Assembly (NCBI GenBank): GCA_017506175.1
Contig: JAFVNW010000060.1
Span: forward strand, 11,490 to 75,489
Length of the DNA stretch: 64,000 nucleotides
Direction: 5' to 3'
From: Bacteroidales bacterium
GTDB taxonomy: Bacteria; Bacteroidota; Bacteroidia; Bacteroidales; WCHB1-69
Shown here: piece after piece, positions 37,617 through 46,600 of the stretch
How the letters are laid out: each line of letters starts with the position of its first letter
How positions within the stretch are numbered: position 1 is the first letter of the stretch
Notes under the pieces: generated by a model
Told to the model about the DNA's origin: nothing
The model's database searches: none
The model's input: the letters and a program-made list of their open reading frames with translations, nothing else
Translations under genes and position numbers: made by a program

Positions 37617-38627
37617 ATGGAAAACACGATGGAACTCGAGTGTGTCGTTGGCATCGGCGAACGCTCTTTCGCCGCCTGCGCCGCAATCACCCGCGAGGGC
37701 CTCGTCCTGCGCGAGGTGTCGGGGCAGCCTCTCATCATCAACTATGCCGAGTTGGCTGACTTCCGTCTCCTCGACTATCAGGTGGTGTTGCATACACGAC
37801 ATGGGGAGGTGCGTCTTTCAAAGATGGGGCGAGAGACGGAGCATTTCCACGAAAAGTTGTGGCAAGCTTACAACCAGCGCTGCGAGGAGGCGCTGTTCAT
37901 TCAGTCCAAGCCATCCTTCGAGGGAGAGGGGCTCTGCTCTTATGTCGAGCAGGACATATCCTGTCAGGGCATTGCGAAGGTGTTGATGTACGACGATTGC
38001 CTTTGCATCTATCCCCATGACCCAAATGCACGGCGCATCCCACTTTGCTTTTCAATGCCTCCCATAATGGGCGATTACCAGCTCTCTTTTTGTCTTGATA
38101 CGGGCGATGAATACCGTGTTTCCAAGTTGGGACATCACACGCAGGATGTCTTCGATGAGTTCTCTCGCCATCGTGCCGAAATTGTCGGACAATGGGAGGC
38201 CGCGCATCGGGATTTGGTTCGTTCGCTCTCTGCGCGTCTGGGCGATGACGCTGTGCGTTACGATATGATGAAGGGAATGTCCGGCAGTGTTGTCGAGGGG
38301 ATCTTTTCCCTCAATACCGATGGCTTCTGGTTCGCGCTTCTCCATGATGGAAAGGCTGCCGTGGAGATGGTGACGGGTGAGCATACCGCCACCTATCTCT
38401 ATCATTATGAATTGGCGGACGACGTTTTCGAACATCGTCTTCGCCATGCCTTGGAAAGTGTGGCGCTGCACCGCGAGGTGATTTTCGCCGACCTCTCTGA
38501 GACCCCGTTGTACCAGATGGCAGTGCAGAGGAGCTATCATCTGCAATACCTTCGTGCACATCATGCAGGTCGCATCATCCACACGGCGGCCTGGGAAAAA
38601 CAGCTCCGCAGTTTCTTCTCTCGCTGA
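37617..38627 (+). CDS. hypothetical protein, coupled to the zinc-ribbon gene
   Basis: 336-aa ORF starting 2 nt after the upstream stop; no recognised motif. Confidence 0.6.
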   Translation: MENTMELECVVGIGERSFAACAAITREGLVLREVSGQPLIINYAELADFRLLDYQVVLHTRHGEVRLSKMGRETEHFHEKLWQAYNQRCEEALFIQSKPSFEGEGLCSYVEQDISCQGIAKVLMYDDCLCIYPHDPNARRIPLCFSMPPIMGDYQLSFCLDTGDEYRVSKLGHHTQDVFDEFSRHRAEIVGQWEAAHRDLVRSLSARLGDDAVRYDMMKGMSGSVVEGIFSLNTDGFWFALLHDGKAAVEMVTGEHTATYLYHYELADDVFEHRLRHALESVALHREVIFADLSETPLYQMAVQRSYHLQYLRAHHAGRIIHTAAWEKQLRSFFSR

Positions 38628-38782
38628 CCCGCGCCGACCCGCATCGGAGGTCGCATAAGTAGGTCCCTTTGAGGTGGCGGTTGTGCCATCTACGTCCCTG
38701 CTTTACCTGCCGCTTTCCAGTCGTGTTGATATTGTGTTAGTAAATAATTGGCTTTTCACAAAATTATTCGCCTTGAAATATA

Positions 38783-38790
38783 TATTTTTG
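38783..38790 (+). promoter_or_regulatory. Bacteroidota -7 promoter box (TATTTTTG) ahead of the riboswitch
   Basis: TAnnTTTG match immediately upstream of the riboswitch start. Confidence 0.5.
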
Positions 38791-38794
38791 CGGC

Positions 38795-38950
38795 GCTTTC
38801 GGTTTCGCAAGAATCAAAAGGGAACGCTGTGAAAATCAGTGGCTATACCCGTAGCTGTTAGTTCCATGATGCGCCTTTCCAATGTGTCACTGCCCTTTCA
38901 GGGCGGGAAGACGGAAAGTGCGGGGACAAGCCAGAAGACCTGCCAAAGCA
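38795..38950 (+). promoter_or_regulatory. cobalamin (B12) riboswitch
   Basis: AAAAGGGAACGCTGTGAAAATCAGTGGCTATACCCGTAGCTGT core, B12 box GTCACTGCCC...GGGCGGGAAGAC and 3' AAGCCAGAAGACCTGCC. These align element by element with the E. coli btuB leader as I recall it. Confidence 0.9.
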
Positions 38951-39053
38951 CATATTTTCGTTGCTTTCGGGAATAAGGGCGGACGAAGCGACTTAGGTCG
39001 TGTAAATGCTCCCCCAAGCGCCTTTGATGACAAACCATAACCAATAACCATTA

Positions 39054-41225
39054 ATGGACGAACTGTATATTCTTAAAAGAAATGGCAAACGAGAACTTTT
39101 CTCAGCCGAAAAAATCAAAAATGCCATATCGAGGGCATTCCTTTCCGTAAACAGTTTCGCAACACAGGACGTGCTTGTCAATGTGATGGGGCGCTTGAAA
39201 ATCCACAACGGCATCACCGTGGAGGAAATCCAGAACCAGGTTGAGACCGCCCTCATGGCGGAGCACTACTATGAAGTGGCCAAGGCATACATCCTTTATC
39301 GCCAACACCATTACGAGGATCGCGAGGTGAAGGACAAGCTCGATTTCTTCATCAACTATTGCAACGCATCCAACGCGGCCACCGGCAGCAAGTACGACGC
39401 CAATGCCAATGTGGAGCGCAAGAATATCGCCACCCTCATCGGAGAACTTCCCAAGTCGAGTTTCATCCGCCTCAACAGACGTATGCTCTGCGACAAAATC
39501 AAGGACATGTACGGCAAGGAGTTGGCAGACAGATATATGTACCTGCTCAATCATCATTTTATTTATAAGAATGACGAGACCAGCATCGCCAATTACTGCG
39601 CCAGCATCACGATGTATCCGTGGCTGCTCGAAGGAACGAAAAGTATCGGCGGCAACGCCTCTGCTCCCACCAACCTAAAGTCCTACTGCGGGGGCTTTAT
39701 CAATATGGTGTTTATGGTTTCCAGTATGCTCAGCGGTGCCTGCGCCACCCCCGAGTTTTTGATGTACATGGACTATTTCGCCCGCAAAGAGTACGGCAAC
39801 GACTATTATCTCTCCAGCGACAAAGTGGTTGATCTCTCTACCCGCCAACGCACCATCGACAAGGTCATCACCGATTGCTTCGAGCAGGTCGTCTATTCCA
39901 TCAACCAGCCCACCGGTGCCCGCAACTATCAGTCCGTCTTTTGGAACATTTCGTATTACGACCGTTATTATTTCGAGAGTCTTTTCGGGGAATTCCGCTT
40001 CCCTGACGGCACGAGGCCATCCTGGGATTCGTTAAGCTGGCTGCAAAAACGCTTTATGCGTTGGTTTAATGCCGAACGCACCCGCGCCGTGCTCACTTTC
40101 CCTGTCGAGACCATGGCCCTGCTTTCCAAGGATGGCGATATCATCGACACCGAGTATGCCGACTTCACTGCTGAGATGTATGCTGCCGGTCACTCTTTCT
40201 TTACCTACGTGAGCGACAACGCCGACTCGCTGAGCAGTTGCTGCCGCTTGCGCAACGAGATTCAGGACAACGGCTTCAGCTACACCCTCGGTGCCGGCGG
40301 CGTTTCCACCGGTTCGAAGAGCGTGCTCACCATCAACCTCAACCGCTGCATCCAGTATGAGCACCGCAACAACATACCGAAACTGCAATTCGTGGAAGAG
40401 GTCATCGACCTGATGCACAAAGTGCAGATCGCCTACAACGAGAACCTCAAATACTTGCAGTCGAAGGGAATGCTCCCCCTCTTCGATGCCGGCTACATCG
40501 CCATTGCACGGCAGTATCTCACCATCGGCGTGAACGGCATGGTGGAGGCCGCCGAGTATTTGGGTATCTCCATCGACGACAACCTCCAATACCAGCATTT
40601 CGTTGAGGATGTGTTGGGATTGGTGGAACGCTACAACCATAAGTATCGTACCAAGGACCTGATGTTCAATTGCGAGATGATTCCAGCGGAGAACGTGGGC
40701 GTGAAGCATGCCAAGTGGGATCGCGAGGACGGCTACGAAGTGCCCCGCGATTGCTACAACAGCTATTTCTTCAAGGTGGAGGACGATTCCATTAACCTGC
40801 TCGACAAGTTCCGTCTGCATGGCAGTCGCTACATCTCACACCTTACTGGCGGCTCCGCTCTCCATGCCAATTTGGAAGAGCACCTCTCGCAGGCGCAGTA
40901 TCGCCAGCTGTTGCGCGTGGCTGCCCAGGAAGGGTGCAACTATTTCACCTTCAACATCCCCAATACGCTTTGCAACGACTGCGGGCACATCGACAAACGC
41001 TATCTACACGAGTGCCCCGTATGCCACAGCAAAGACATCGACTATCTTACCCGCGTCATTGGTTATATGAAGCGCGTCAGCAGCTTCTCGTTGGCCCGCC
41101 AGCAGGAGGAACGCCGTCGTTTCTATGGCCGCATGGAGGATGAAAAAGAAACACTTCCCAACCTTTCCGACGCGCGCCGCGAGCTTTTACAGCAGCATCA
41201 TTACCATGAATCTGAAGTTTTATAA
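39054..41225 (+). CDS. nrdD: anaerobic ribonucleoside-triphosphate reductase (class III)
   Basis: N-terminal ATP-cone (ILKRNGKRELFSAEKIKNAISRA), Cys-rich Zn site CNDCGH...CPVCH and glycyl-radical motif TRVIGYMKR. Confidence 0.93.
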   Translation: MDELYILKRNGKRELFSAEKIKNAISRAFLSVNSFATQDVLVNVMGRLKIHNGITVEEIQNQVETALMAEHYYEVAKAYILYRQHHYEDREVKDKLDFFINYCNASNAATGSKYDANANVERKNIATLIGELPKSSFIRLNRRMLCDKIKDMYGKELADRYMYLLNHHFIYKNDETSIANYCASITMYPWLLEGTKSIGGNASAPTNLKSYCGGFINMVFMVSSMLSGACATPEFLMYMDYFARKEYGNDYYLSSDKVVDLSTRQRTIDKVITDCFEQVVYSINQPTGARNYQSVFWNISYYDRYYFESLFGEFRFPDGTRPSWDSLSWLQKRFMRWFNAERTRAVLTFPVETMALLSKDGDIIDTEYADFTAEMYAAGHSFFTYVSDNADSLSSCCRLRNEIQDNGFSYTLGAGGVSTGSKSVLTINLNRCIQYEHRNNIPKLQFVEEVIDLMHKVQIAYNENLKYLQSKGMLPLFDAGYIAIARQYLTIGVNGMVEAAEYLGISIDDNLQYQHFVEDVLGLVERYNHKYRTKDLMFNCEMIPAENVGVKHAKWDREDGYEVPRDCYNSYFFKVEDDSINLLDKFRLHGSRYISHLTGGSALHANLEEHLSQAQYRQLLRVAAQEGCNYFTFNIPNTLCNDCGHIDKRYLHECPVCHSKDIDYLTRVIGYMKRVSSFSLARQQEERRRFYGRMEDEKETLPNLSDARRELLQQHHYHESEVL

Positions 41226-41664
41226 TTACGACATCGTTTTCCAGGAGATTCCCGACGAAGTAACGCTTGCCGTCAACCTCACCAATTGTCCGCATAGATG
41301 CCCGCAGTGCCATAGTCCCCACTTGCATCAGGATATCGGACATGAGTTGAATGCCAAGGTGTTGGACGATTTGTTGGCAAAGTACGGACGGCAGATTACC
41401 TGTTTCTGCTTTATGGGGGGGGACCGCTTCCCGAATGATGTTGAGACGTTGGCAGGTTATCTTCGTGCCAAAACGCGGCTCAAAGTGGCGTGGTATTCGG
41501 GTAACGCAATGCTCCCTCGCAATGCCCGCTTGTTCGACTACATCAAGATCGGCGGCTTCAATCCCGAGCGTGGCGGCCTGCGCTCCCGCACCACCAATCA
41601 GCGGCTCTATAGAAATGTGGGGGGCTCCATGCAGGATATCACCTACCGTTTTTGGGAAAAATAG
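41206..41664 (+). CDS. nrdG: anaerobic ribonucleotide reductase activating protein (ATG 41206 preferred over the track start 41125)
   Basis: MNLKFYNYDIVFQEIPDEVTLAVNLTNCPHRCPQCHSP has the rSAM CxxxCxxC motif. It overlaps the nrdD end by 20 nt. Confidence 0.85.
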   Translation: MNLKFYNYDIVFQEIPDEVTLAVNLTNCPHRCPQCHSPHLHQDIGHELNAKVLDDLLAKYGRQITCFCFMGGDRFPNDVETLAGYLRAKTRLKVAWYSGNAMLPRNARLFDYIKIGGFNPERGGLRSRTTNQRLYRNVGGSMQDITYRFWEK

Positions 41665-41789
41665 TGCTGCTGTATGGTAACACTTTTTTGAAGTGTAAAA
41701 AACACTGATGCGATAAATTCAGGTGTATAAAAATATCAGTCAAGCGATTTCTTTGTTGCTGGGGCTGGTCTCTCGTGGGAGATGTTTTC

Positions 41790-41867
41790 TTACACTGGCA
41801 CTGTAGTGCCGGCGCGGGAAATTTCCCCTTCTATTCTAGAAGGGGTGCCGCTAGGCGGGGTAGTAAT
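41790..41867 (+). repeat. left copy of a triple-hairpin repeat element (inverted partner at 42095..42168)
   Basis: Three consecutive hairpins GGCAC-tgta-GTGCC, CCCCTTC-tattcta-GAAGGGG and CCGC-tag-GCGG, followed by GGTAGTAAT. Confidence 0.75.
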
Positions 41868-42094
41868 ATTAAAACATCAGAATTCCTTGTGAAAAACAAC
41901 CATCATCAACGATATTCTAATCAAAGACCACTATATCCATAATCTCCTTGAAAACAGCGAGTTAATGGACTTTGTACGTGCGTATCCGGTTCGGGATCGT
42001 AATAGAGCTTGACGGAGATACGCACATTGAAAAGGCTGACTATTACATTCAATGTGACAATTTAATACTATCAAAAAGGAATGATAATGTCTAT

Positions 42095-42168
42095 ATTACT
42101 ACCCCGGCCTTCGGCCACCCCTTCTTAAAAAGAAGGGGAAAATCGCGACCGCACTTGTCGTGCGTAAA
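42095..42168 (-). repeat. right, inverted copy of the triple-hairpin repeat element
   Basis: The reverse complement reads CGCAC-gacaa-GTGCG ... CCCCTTC-tttttaa-GAAGGGG ... GGCC-gaa-GGCC GGGGTAGTAAT. Same architecture, with base-pair-preserving changes. Confidence 0.75.
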
Positions 42169-42199
42169 ACGGAATTGATTCCAAATCGTACGGGTTGCG

Positions 42200-43120
42200 C
42201 TACATTGCTGTTAGAATGTTCACTCGCGTCGGGGAGACGGAGAGGCGGTAGTCTCCTTTTTTCAGCATCTCTCCTTCAACCTCTCCTAAAATCGACTTTT
42301 CACTCTTGATTTCCAGACTGTTGGTATGGAGTACCGTAACCTCTTTGAGGTGGATGTGTTTTCCGGAGAAAAGCTTGCCGATGTTGGCTACGACTTTCAG
42401 CAGGGGGATTTTGCGAATGGCCACCACATCAAGCATTCTGTCGTGCAAATCGGCCATTGGGACTTGGCGCATGCCGTTGCCATTGTACTGCGCATTGCCC
42501 ACTGCGATAGTGAAGATGCTGTCGGTCAGTGTTTTTTCTTTCGTCTTCAAGGTTACAACCGAGGGCTTGAAGGTGAGCAGTACTTTGACCAATTTGAGCA
42601 GATAGACCGCTCCGGGAAACAGCTTTGGTTTTTTACCTACTGTCTCCGCGATGGTGGAGGCGTCGAAGGCGAATCCTGCAATATTGATGAAATGGCGTTT
42701 GGCGATGACGTTATTGCCGTTCAATGTCTCCACAATTCCTACATCTGTTGGCACGAAATGCCCGGATTTGAAAACCGCCGGCATTTTTTCGATGGTTGGA
42801 TAATGCAGCGAGCGGCAGAAATCATTGCCGGTGCCCAACGGCAGTATGGCTAAGAACACCTCCTCGGTATTGATGCCAGCGTTGTAGATTCCGTTGACGG
42901 CTTCGTTGATGCTGCCATCGCCGCCGCACACCATCAGATGGCGTGCGCCCGCTCGACATAGCAGTTTGGCCGTCTCAATCCCTTTGTTGGGACCATCAGC
43001 GGGGTTGATTTTATATTTGATTCCCTCAAGATCAAATTCGTGCAGGATTTTTTTGAAGATTTCCGCCCGTTTTTTTGTTAAAGCGTTGGGATTAACAATG
43101 ATTTGCCAAAGATGATTCAT
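42200..43120 (-). CDS. diacylglycerol kinase-family lipid kinase (YegS-like)
   Basis: MVCGGDGSINEAVNG and LPLGTGNDF catalytic-domain motifs. Confidence 0.85.
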   Translation of the reverse strand: MNHLWQIIVNPNALTKKRAEIFKKILHEFDLEGIKYKINPADGPNKGIETAKLLCRAGARHLMVCGGDGSINEAVNGIYNAGINTEEVFLAILPLGTGNDFCRSLHYPTIEKMPAVFKSGHFVPTDVGIVETLNGNNVIAKRHFINIAGFAFDASTIAETVGKKPKLFPGAVYLLKLVKVLLTFKPSVVTLKTKEKTLTDSIFTIAVGNAQYNGNGMRQVPMADLHDRMLDVVAIRKIPLLKVVANIGKLFSGKHIHLKEVTVLHTNSLEIKSEKSILGEVEGEMLKKGDYRLSVSPTRVNILTAM

Positions 43121-43163
43121 GATTCACGATTAGTAATCCATAATTATGATTCGGCATTATGAA

Positions 43164-43208
43164 TAAAAAAACTGTGACCCAAATTCCTTGCAAATTCAGA
43201 TCACAGTT
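43164..43208 (-). terminator. rho-independent terminator after the kdd-like gene
   Basis: On the minus strand: AACTGTGA ... TCACAGTT 8-bp stem followed by TTTTTTT. Confidence 0.65.
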
Positions 43209-43232
43209 CACGAATGTCAGTTCACTTAAAGA

Positions 43233-44306
43233 TTAAGCGTAGAGTTCTTCGAAGATTTTTCTCAGTTTGGGGCTTTCGCGGAGTTCTTGGAGGGTGAATT
43301 CGGCGTGTCCGCGGGTGTAGCCGTTGCCGATGATCATGTTCACGTCAGTGCCGATGCCTTCTGCGCCGAGAGCGGCTTTGGTGAAGCTGGTGGCCATGGA
43401 GAAGAAATATACGATGCCATCGTCCTTGGTGCAGAGGATGGCGGGCATTTCCTGATCGGGAACGTTTACGCAAACGATGGTCACGTCAGCCATTTTGCCG
43501 TTGGTCAGTTTCTCGACGAGGTCGTGGATTTCAACGGGGGTCATGCCTTTAACGCTTTCAACCACATCGCAGAAGCCGAGCTCCTTGATACGGTTGGTGC
43601 TCTTCGGGCTGTTGGCCAGACCGATGACCTTACCGGTAACGCCAACGCGTTTCTTGGCTTCGTAGCAGCACATCATACCGCTCTTGCCACCTGCGCCCAT
43701 GATGACCACGTTTTGGCCGTATTGGCAGAGTTTGGCGGTTTGGGCGGGTGCGCCGGCGATGTCCAATGCGCTCAAAACGAGCTTTTCGGGCATGTCGTCG
43801 GGAACTTTTGCGTAGATGCCGCTTTCGAAAAGGATGGCTTGGCCGTCGATGTCAACTTGGTCGATTTCCGGACGGATGGCCTTGATCTTGTCGATGCGGA
43901 GGGGAGTCAGCGAAAGGCTGACGAGGGTAGCGATGCGGTCGCCCTCTTTGAGGTCGATTTTGCCTTTGAGAGCATCGCCGATCTTGGCAACTTTGCCGAG
44001 GAGCATGCCGCCGGAACCGGTTCTGCGGTTACGATGCTTGCCTTGCAGCTCAACATTGAGCATCATCTCTTTCTTGATTTCCTCTTCGATTCTCTCCTGA
44101 CTTGCACCTTCGCCAGCTTGTTGTTTGGCGTAGTTGTGGATGTCGGTAAAGGAAGCGGAGTCGATGTTCAGGGTTTGAACGTCGATCAAAATCTCGTTGT
44201 CGTAGATTTCGCTCATGTCGTTGTCGATTTTGTCGGCCGGCTGCGGAAGAACTCCCTTCGGCTCAATGACACGATGCGTGCCGTATTTGTTACCTTTTTT
44301 CTGCAT
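43233..44306 (-). CDS. kdd: L-erythro-3,5-diaminohexanoate dehydrogenase-like NAD(P) dehydrogenase
   Basis: The N-terminus KYGTHRVIEPKGVLPQPADKIDNDM..IYDNEILIDVQTLNIDSASF matches my recollection of Kdd proteins. Rossmann motif VVIMGAGGKSG. Confidence 0.6.
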   Translation of the reverse strand: MQKKGNKYGTHRVIEPKGVLPQPADKIDNDMSEIYDNEILIDVQTLNIDSASFTDIHNYAKQQAGEGASQERIEEEIKKEMMLNVELQGKHRNRRTGSGGMLLGKVAKIGDALKGKIDLKEGDRIATLVSLSLTPLRIDKIKAIRPEIDQVDIDGQAILFESGIYAKVPDDMPEKLVLSALDIAGAPAQTAKLCQYGQNVVIMGAGGKSGMMCCYEAKKRVGVTGKVIGLANSPKSTNRIKELGFCDVVESVKGMTPVEIHDLVEKLTNGKMADVTIVCVNVPDQEMPAILCTKDDGIVYFFSMATSFTKAALGAEGIGTDVNMIIGNGYTRGHAEFTLQELRESPKLRKIFEELYA

Positions 44307-44362
44307 AGATGTTTGATTTTTAATTGTTTATAAAATGAGATGATTCTCCTTCAAATCGGCGG

Positions 44363-44370
44363 CAAATGTA
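44363..44370 (-). promoter_or_regulatory. Bacteroidota -7 promoter box for the kdd-like gene (TACATTTG on the minus strand)
   Basis: Reverse complement of CAAATGTA, 57 nt upstream of the start at 44306. Confidence 0.45.
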
Positions 44371-44455
44371 CGAAAATAATTCAAAAATACATAATGCCGA
44401 ATGCAGTTTTTTGCCATTGACATTGCCGCCCCCTGAAGACCATCGTTCTTATCTA

Positions 44456-46447
44456 CTACTTCATAACTAATTGTATCGCCGTGCGCGCCGGAATATACAC
44501 CTTCAGCACCCCGTCCAAAGAGAAAAACTCCGTTGTCTCGTCAATGAGTCCGAACCCGCCGAAGAGGGGGGAATCGCTGTTGACGACAATCTTGTATTTC
44601 CCTGATTTGCAGTGAATCGGGAAGTCTGTGAATGACTTCTCTGGGTTGAAATTGAAGACAAAGATGCTGTCACCTCTTTCAAAAGCGAGAATTTGGTTGC
44701 CTTCGTCGCGCACCAGCGGAAGGGGGGCGAAATCCAGTACGTCCGTTTCTTTCACAGAGTGAATGATCGCTTCGTTGAAATGCTGCAAGTATTTGTATTT
44801 CAAGGTGTCGTCGTCGGCAAGATGCCACTGTCGGCGGGCATAATTGTACGACCAGCCGTTGCCCTCCCGCGGGAAGTCGATCCATTCGGGATGACCGAAC
44901 TCGTTGCCCATGAAATTCAAAAAACCTCCGTCGGCCAGTGCCAGCGTGCTGAAGGTGATGAGCTTGTGGAGCGCAATGCCCCGGTCCACCTGCAAATCCG
45001 GTGTGAAAACCGACATCTTGTCGTACATCTTGCTGCCAATCAGCCGGAAGATGATGCTTTGGTCGCCCACCATCGCCTGGTCGTGGCTTTCCGCATAGCT
45101 CACCACGTGCTCCTCCCGCCTGTGGTCTGTCAGCCGGTAGAAAATGTCTCCCGTGTGCCAATGCTCGTCTGCCACCTCCTTGATGGTCTTGCACCAGAAA
45201 TCGGCGATCCCCATCGACATCCGGTAGTCGAAGCCCAGGCCGCCCTTCTCCGTCGGGAACGCCATTCCAGGCATCCCGCTCACATCCTCGGCAATTGTAA
45301 TTGCTTGATTGTTAATCTGATGCACGACTCTGTTCGCCAAGTACAAGTACGTCAGCGCATCTTCATCCACGTTCTCGTCGAAGTACTGTTTGTATTCCAA
45401 AAAATCGACTCCGATGCCGTGGTTGAGGTAGCTCATGCTGGTCACGCCATCGAAGCGGAATCCGTCGAAGCGGAACTCCTCCAGCCAGTATTTGAGGTTG
45501 GAGAGCAGGAACATCAAGGTGTCGTTTTTGCCGTAGTTGAAGCAGCGGGAGTCCCACACGGGGTGTCGGCCGCGCTCGCCGTCGTGGAAGTAGAGGTGGT
45601 AGCTGCCGTCGAAGCGGCTCAGCCCCTCGTGCTCGTTGCTGACCGCGTGGGAATGCACCACATCCAGAATGACGGCGATGCCCATTCCGTGAGTCCTGTC
45701 TATCAGCGACTTGAGTTCCTCCGGCGTACCGAAGCGGAACGATGGCGCGAAGAAGTTGGAAACCTGGTAGCCGAAGGAGCCGTAGTAAGGGTGCTCCTGT
45801 ATGGCCATTAATTGTAAAGTGTTGTATCCCAGCTTCTTGATGCGGGGTAGCACCTTCTCGGCAAATTCAAGGTACGAGCCGATTTTGCCCTCTTCCGCCG
45901 CCATGCCGATGTGCGCCTCGTAAATCAGCGGGTGTGAGCTACGTTGCGGCGCGGCGTTCTGCCACTCGTATTCGTCTGCTTCCCACACTTGGGCGGCGAA
46001 TATCTTGGTGTCGGCATCCTGCACCACGCGCCGCACGTAGGAGGGGAGGCGTTCGTCGGCCCCGTCCTGCCACACCATCCACAGCTTGTAAAGCATTCCG
46101 TGTTTCACAAACTGTTCGGGTAGGAAAATCTCCCAGTCGCCGTTGCCGATGGGGTGCAACGCAAACCGTTCCTCGATTTTCCAGTAGGAGAAATCTCCGT
46201 AGATGTATATTTTTTTGGCGTTGGGTGCCTTCTCGCGAAAGTGGTAGCCGCCTGCCGTTTTATGCAAGCCATAGTAGAGGTGGTTGTTGCATTTTTCGGA
46301 CAGAAGATGCTGTCCATCGGCAAGTTCCAGCTCTTTCAATACGGCCTTGCGGTAACGTTTTTCCAGCTGGTTAGCAAAAGGTTTCAGCCAGGGGTCTATT
46401 TCAACAATCGGGGATTTCTTTTTCACGAGAATGGTTTTTGGTCGCAA
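44456..46447 (-). CDS. glgB: 1,4-alpha-glucan branching enzyme (GH13, eukaryote-like subfamily); non-ATG start (TTG 46447 or GTG 46425)
   Basis: GH13 conserved regions VILDVVHSH, GFRFDGVTSM, IAEDVSG and YAESHDQA; about 660 aa. Confidence 0.85.
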   Translation of the reverse strand: MRPKTILVKKKSPIVEIDPWLKPFANQLEKRYRKAVLKELELADGQHLLSEKCNNHLYYGLHKTAGGYHFREKAPNAKKIYIYGDFSYWKIEERFALHPIGNGDWEIFLPEQFVKHGMLYKLWMVWQDGADERLPSYVRRVVQDADTKIFAAQVWEADEYEWQNAAPQRSSHPLIYEAHIGMAAEEGKIGSYLEFAEKVLPRIKKLGYNTLQLMAIQEHPYYGSFGYQVSNFFAPSFRFGTPEELKSLIDRTHGMGIAVILDVVHSHAVSNEHEGLSRFDGSYHLYFHDGERGRHPVWDSRCFNYGKNDTLMFLLSNLKYWLEEFRFDGFRFDGVTSMSYLNHGIGVDFLEYKQYFDENVDEDALTYLYLANRVVHQINNQAITIAEDVSGMPGMAFPTEKGGLGFDYRMSMGIADFWCKTIKEVADEHWHTGDIFYRLTDHRREEHVVSYAESHDQAMVGDQSIIFRLIGSKMYDKMSVFTPDLQVDRGIALHKLITFSTLALADGGFLNFMGNEFGHPEWIDFPREGNGWSYNYARRQWHLADDDTLKYKYLQHFNEAIIHSVKETDVLDFAPLPLVRDEGNQILAFERGDSIFVFNFNPEKSFTDFPIHCKSGKYKIVVNSDSPLFGGFGLIDETTEFFSLDGVLKVYIPARTAIQLVMK

Positions 46448-46600
46448 ACTTTAGATTTGCAGCTGCAAAAATAATCAAAAAAATGATATGGGAAAGGTTC
46501 AGCAAATTCAGGATACCAAACGAACACTGTTCAATCTATTTTCCTGTATCCCTAACGAGGGGCGGAATAAATGAACAGCCCGATGCAATGTCGTTTGTCG

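Noticed and set aside
41978-42000. GGTTCGGGATC, a T-arm-like sequence suggesting a tRNA or tRNA fragment.
   Set aside because: No acceptor, D or anticodon stems can be drawn around it.
41972-42178. 68-aa ORF (TTG start) inside the inverted-repeat element.
   Set aside because: It runs across the right repeat arm and has a non-ATG start and no supporting motif. It is more likely non-coding.
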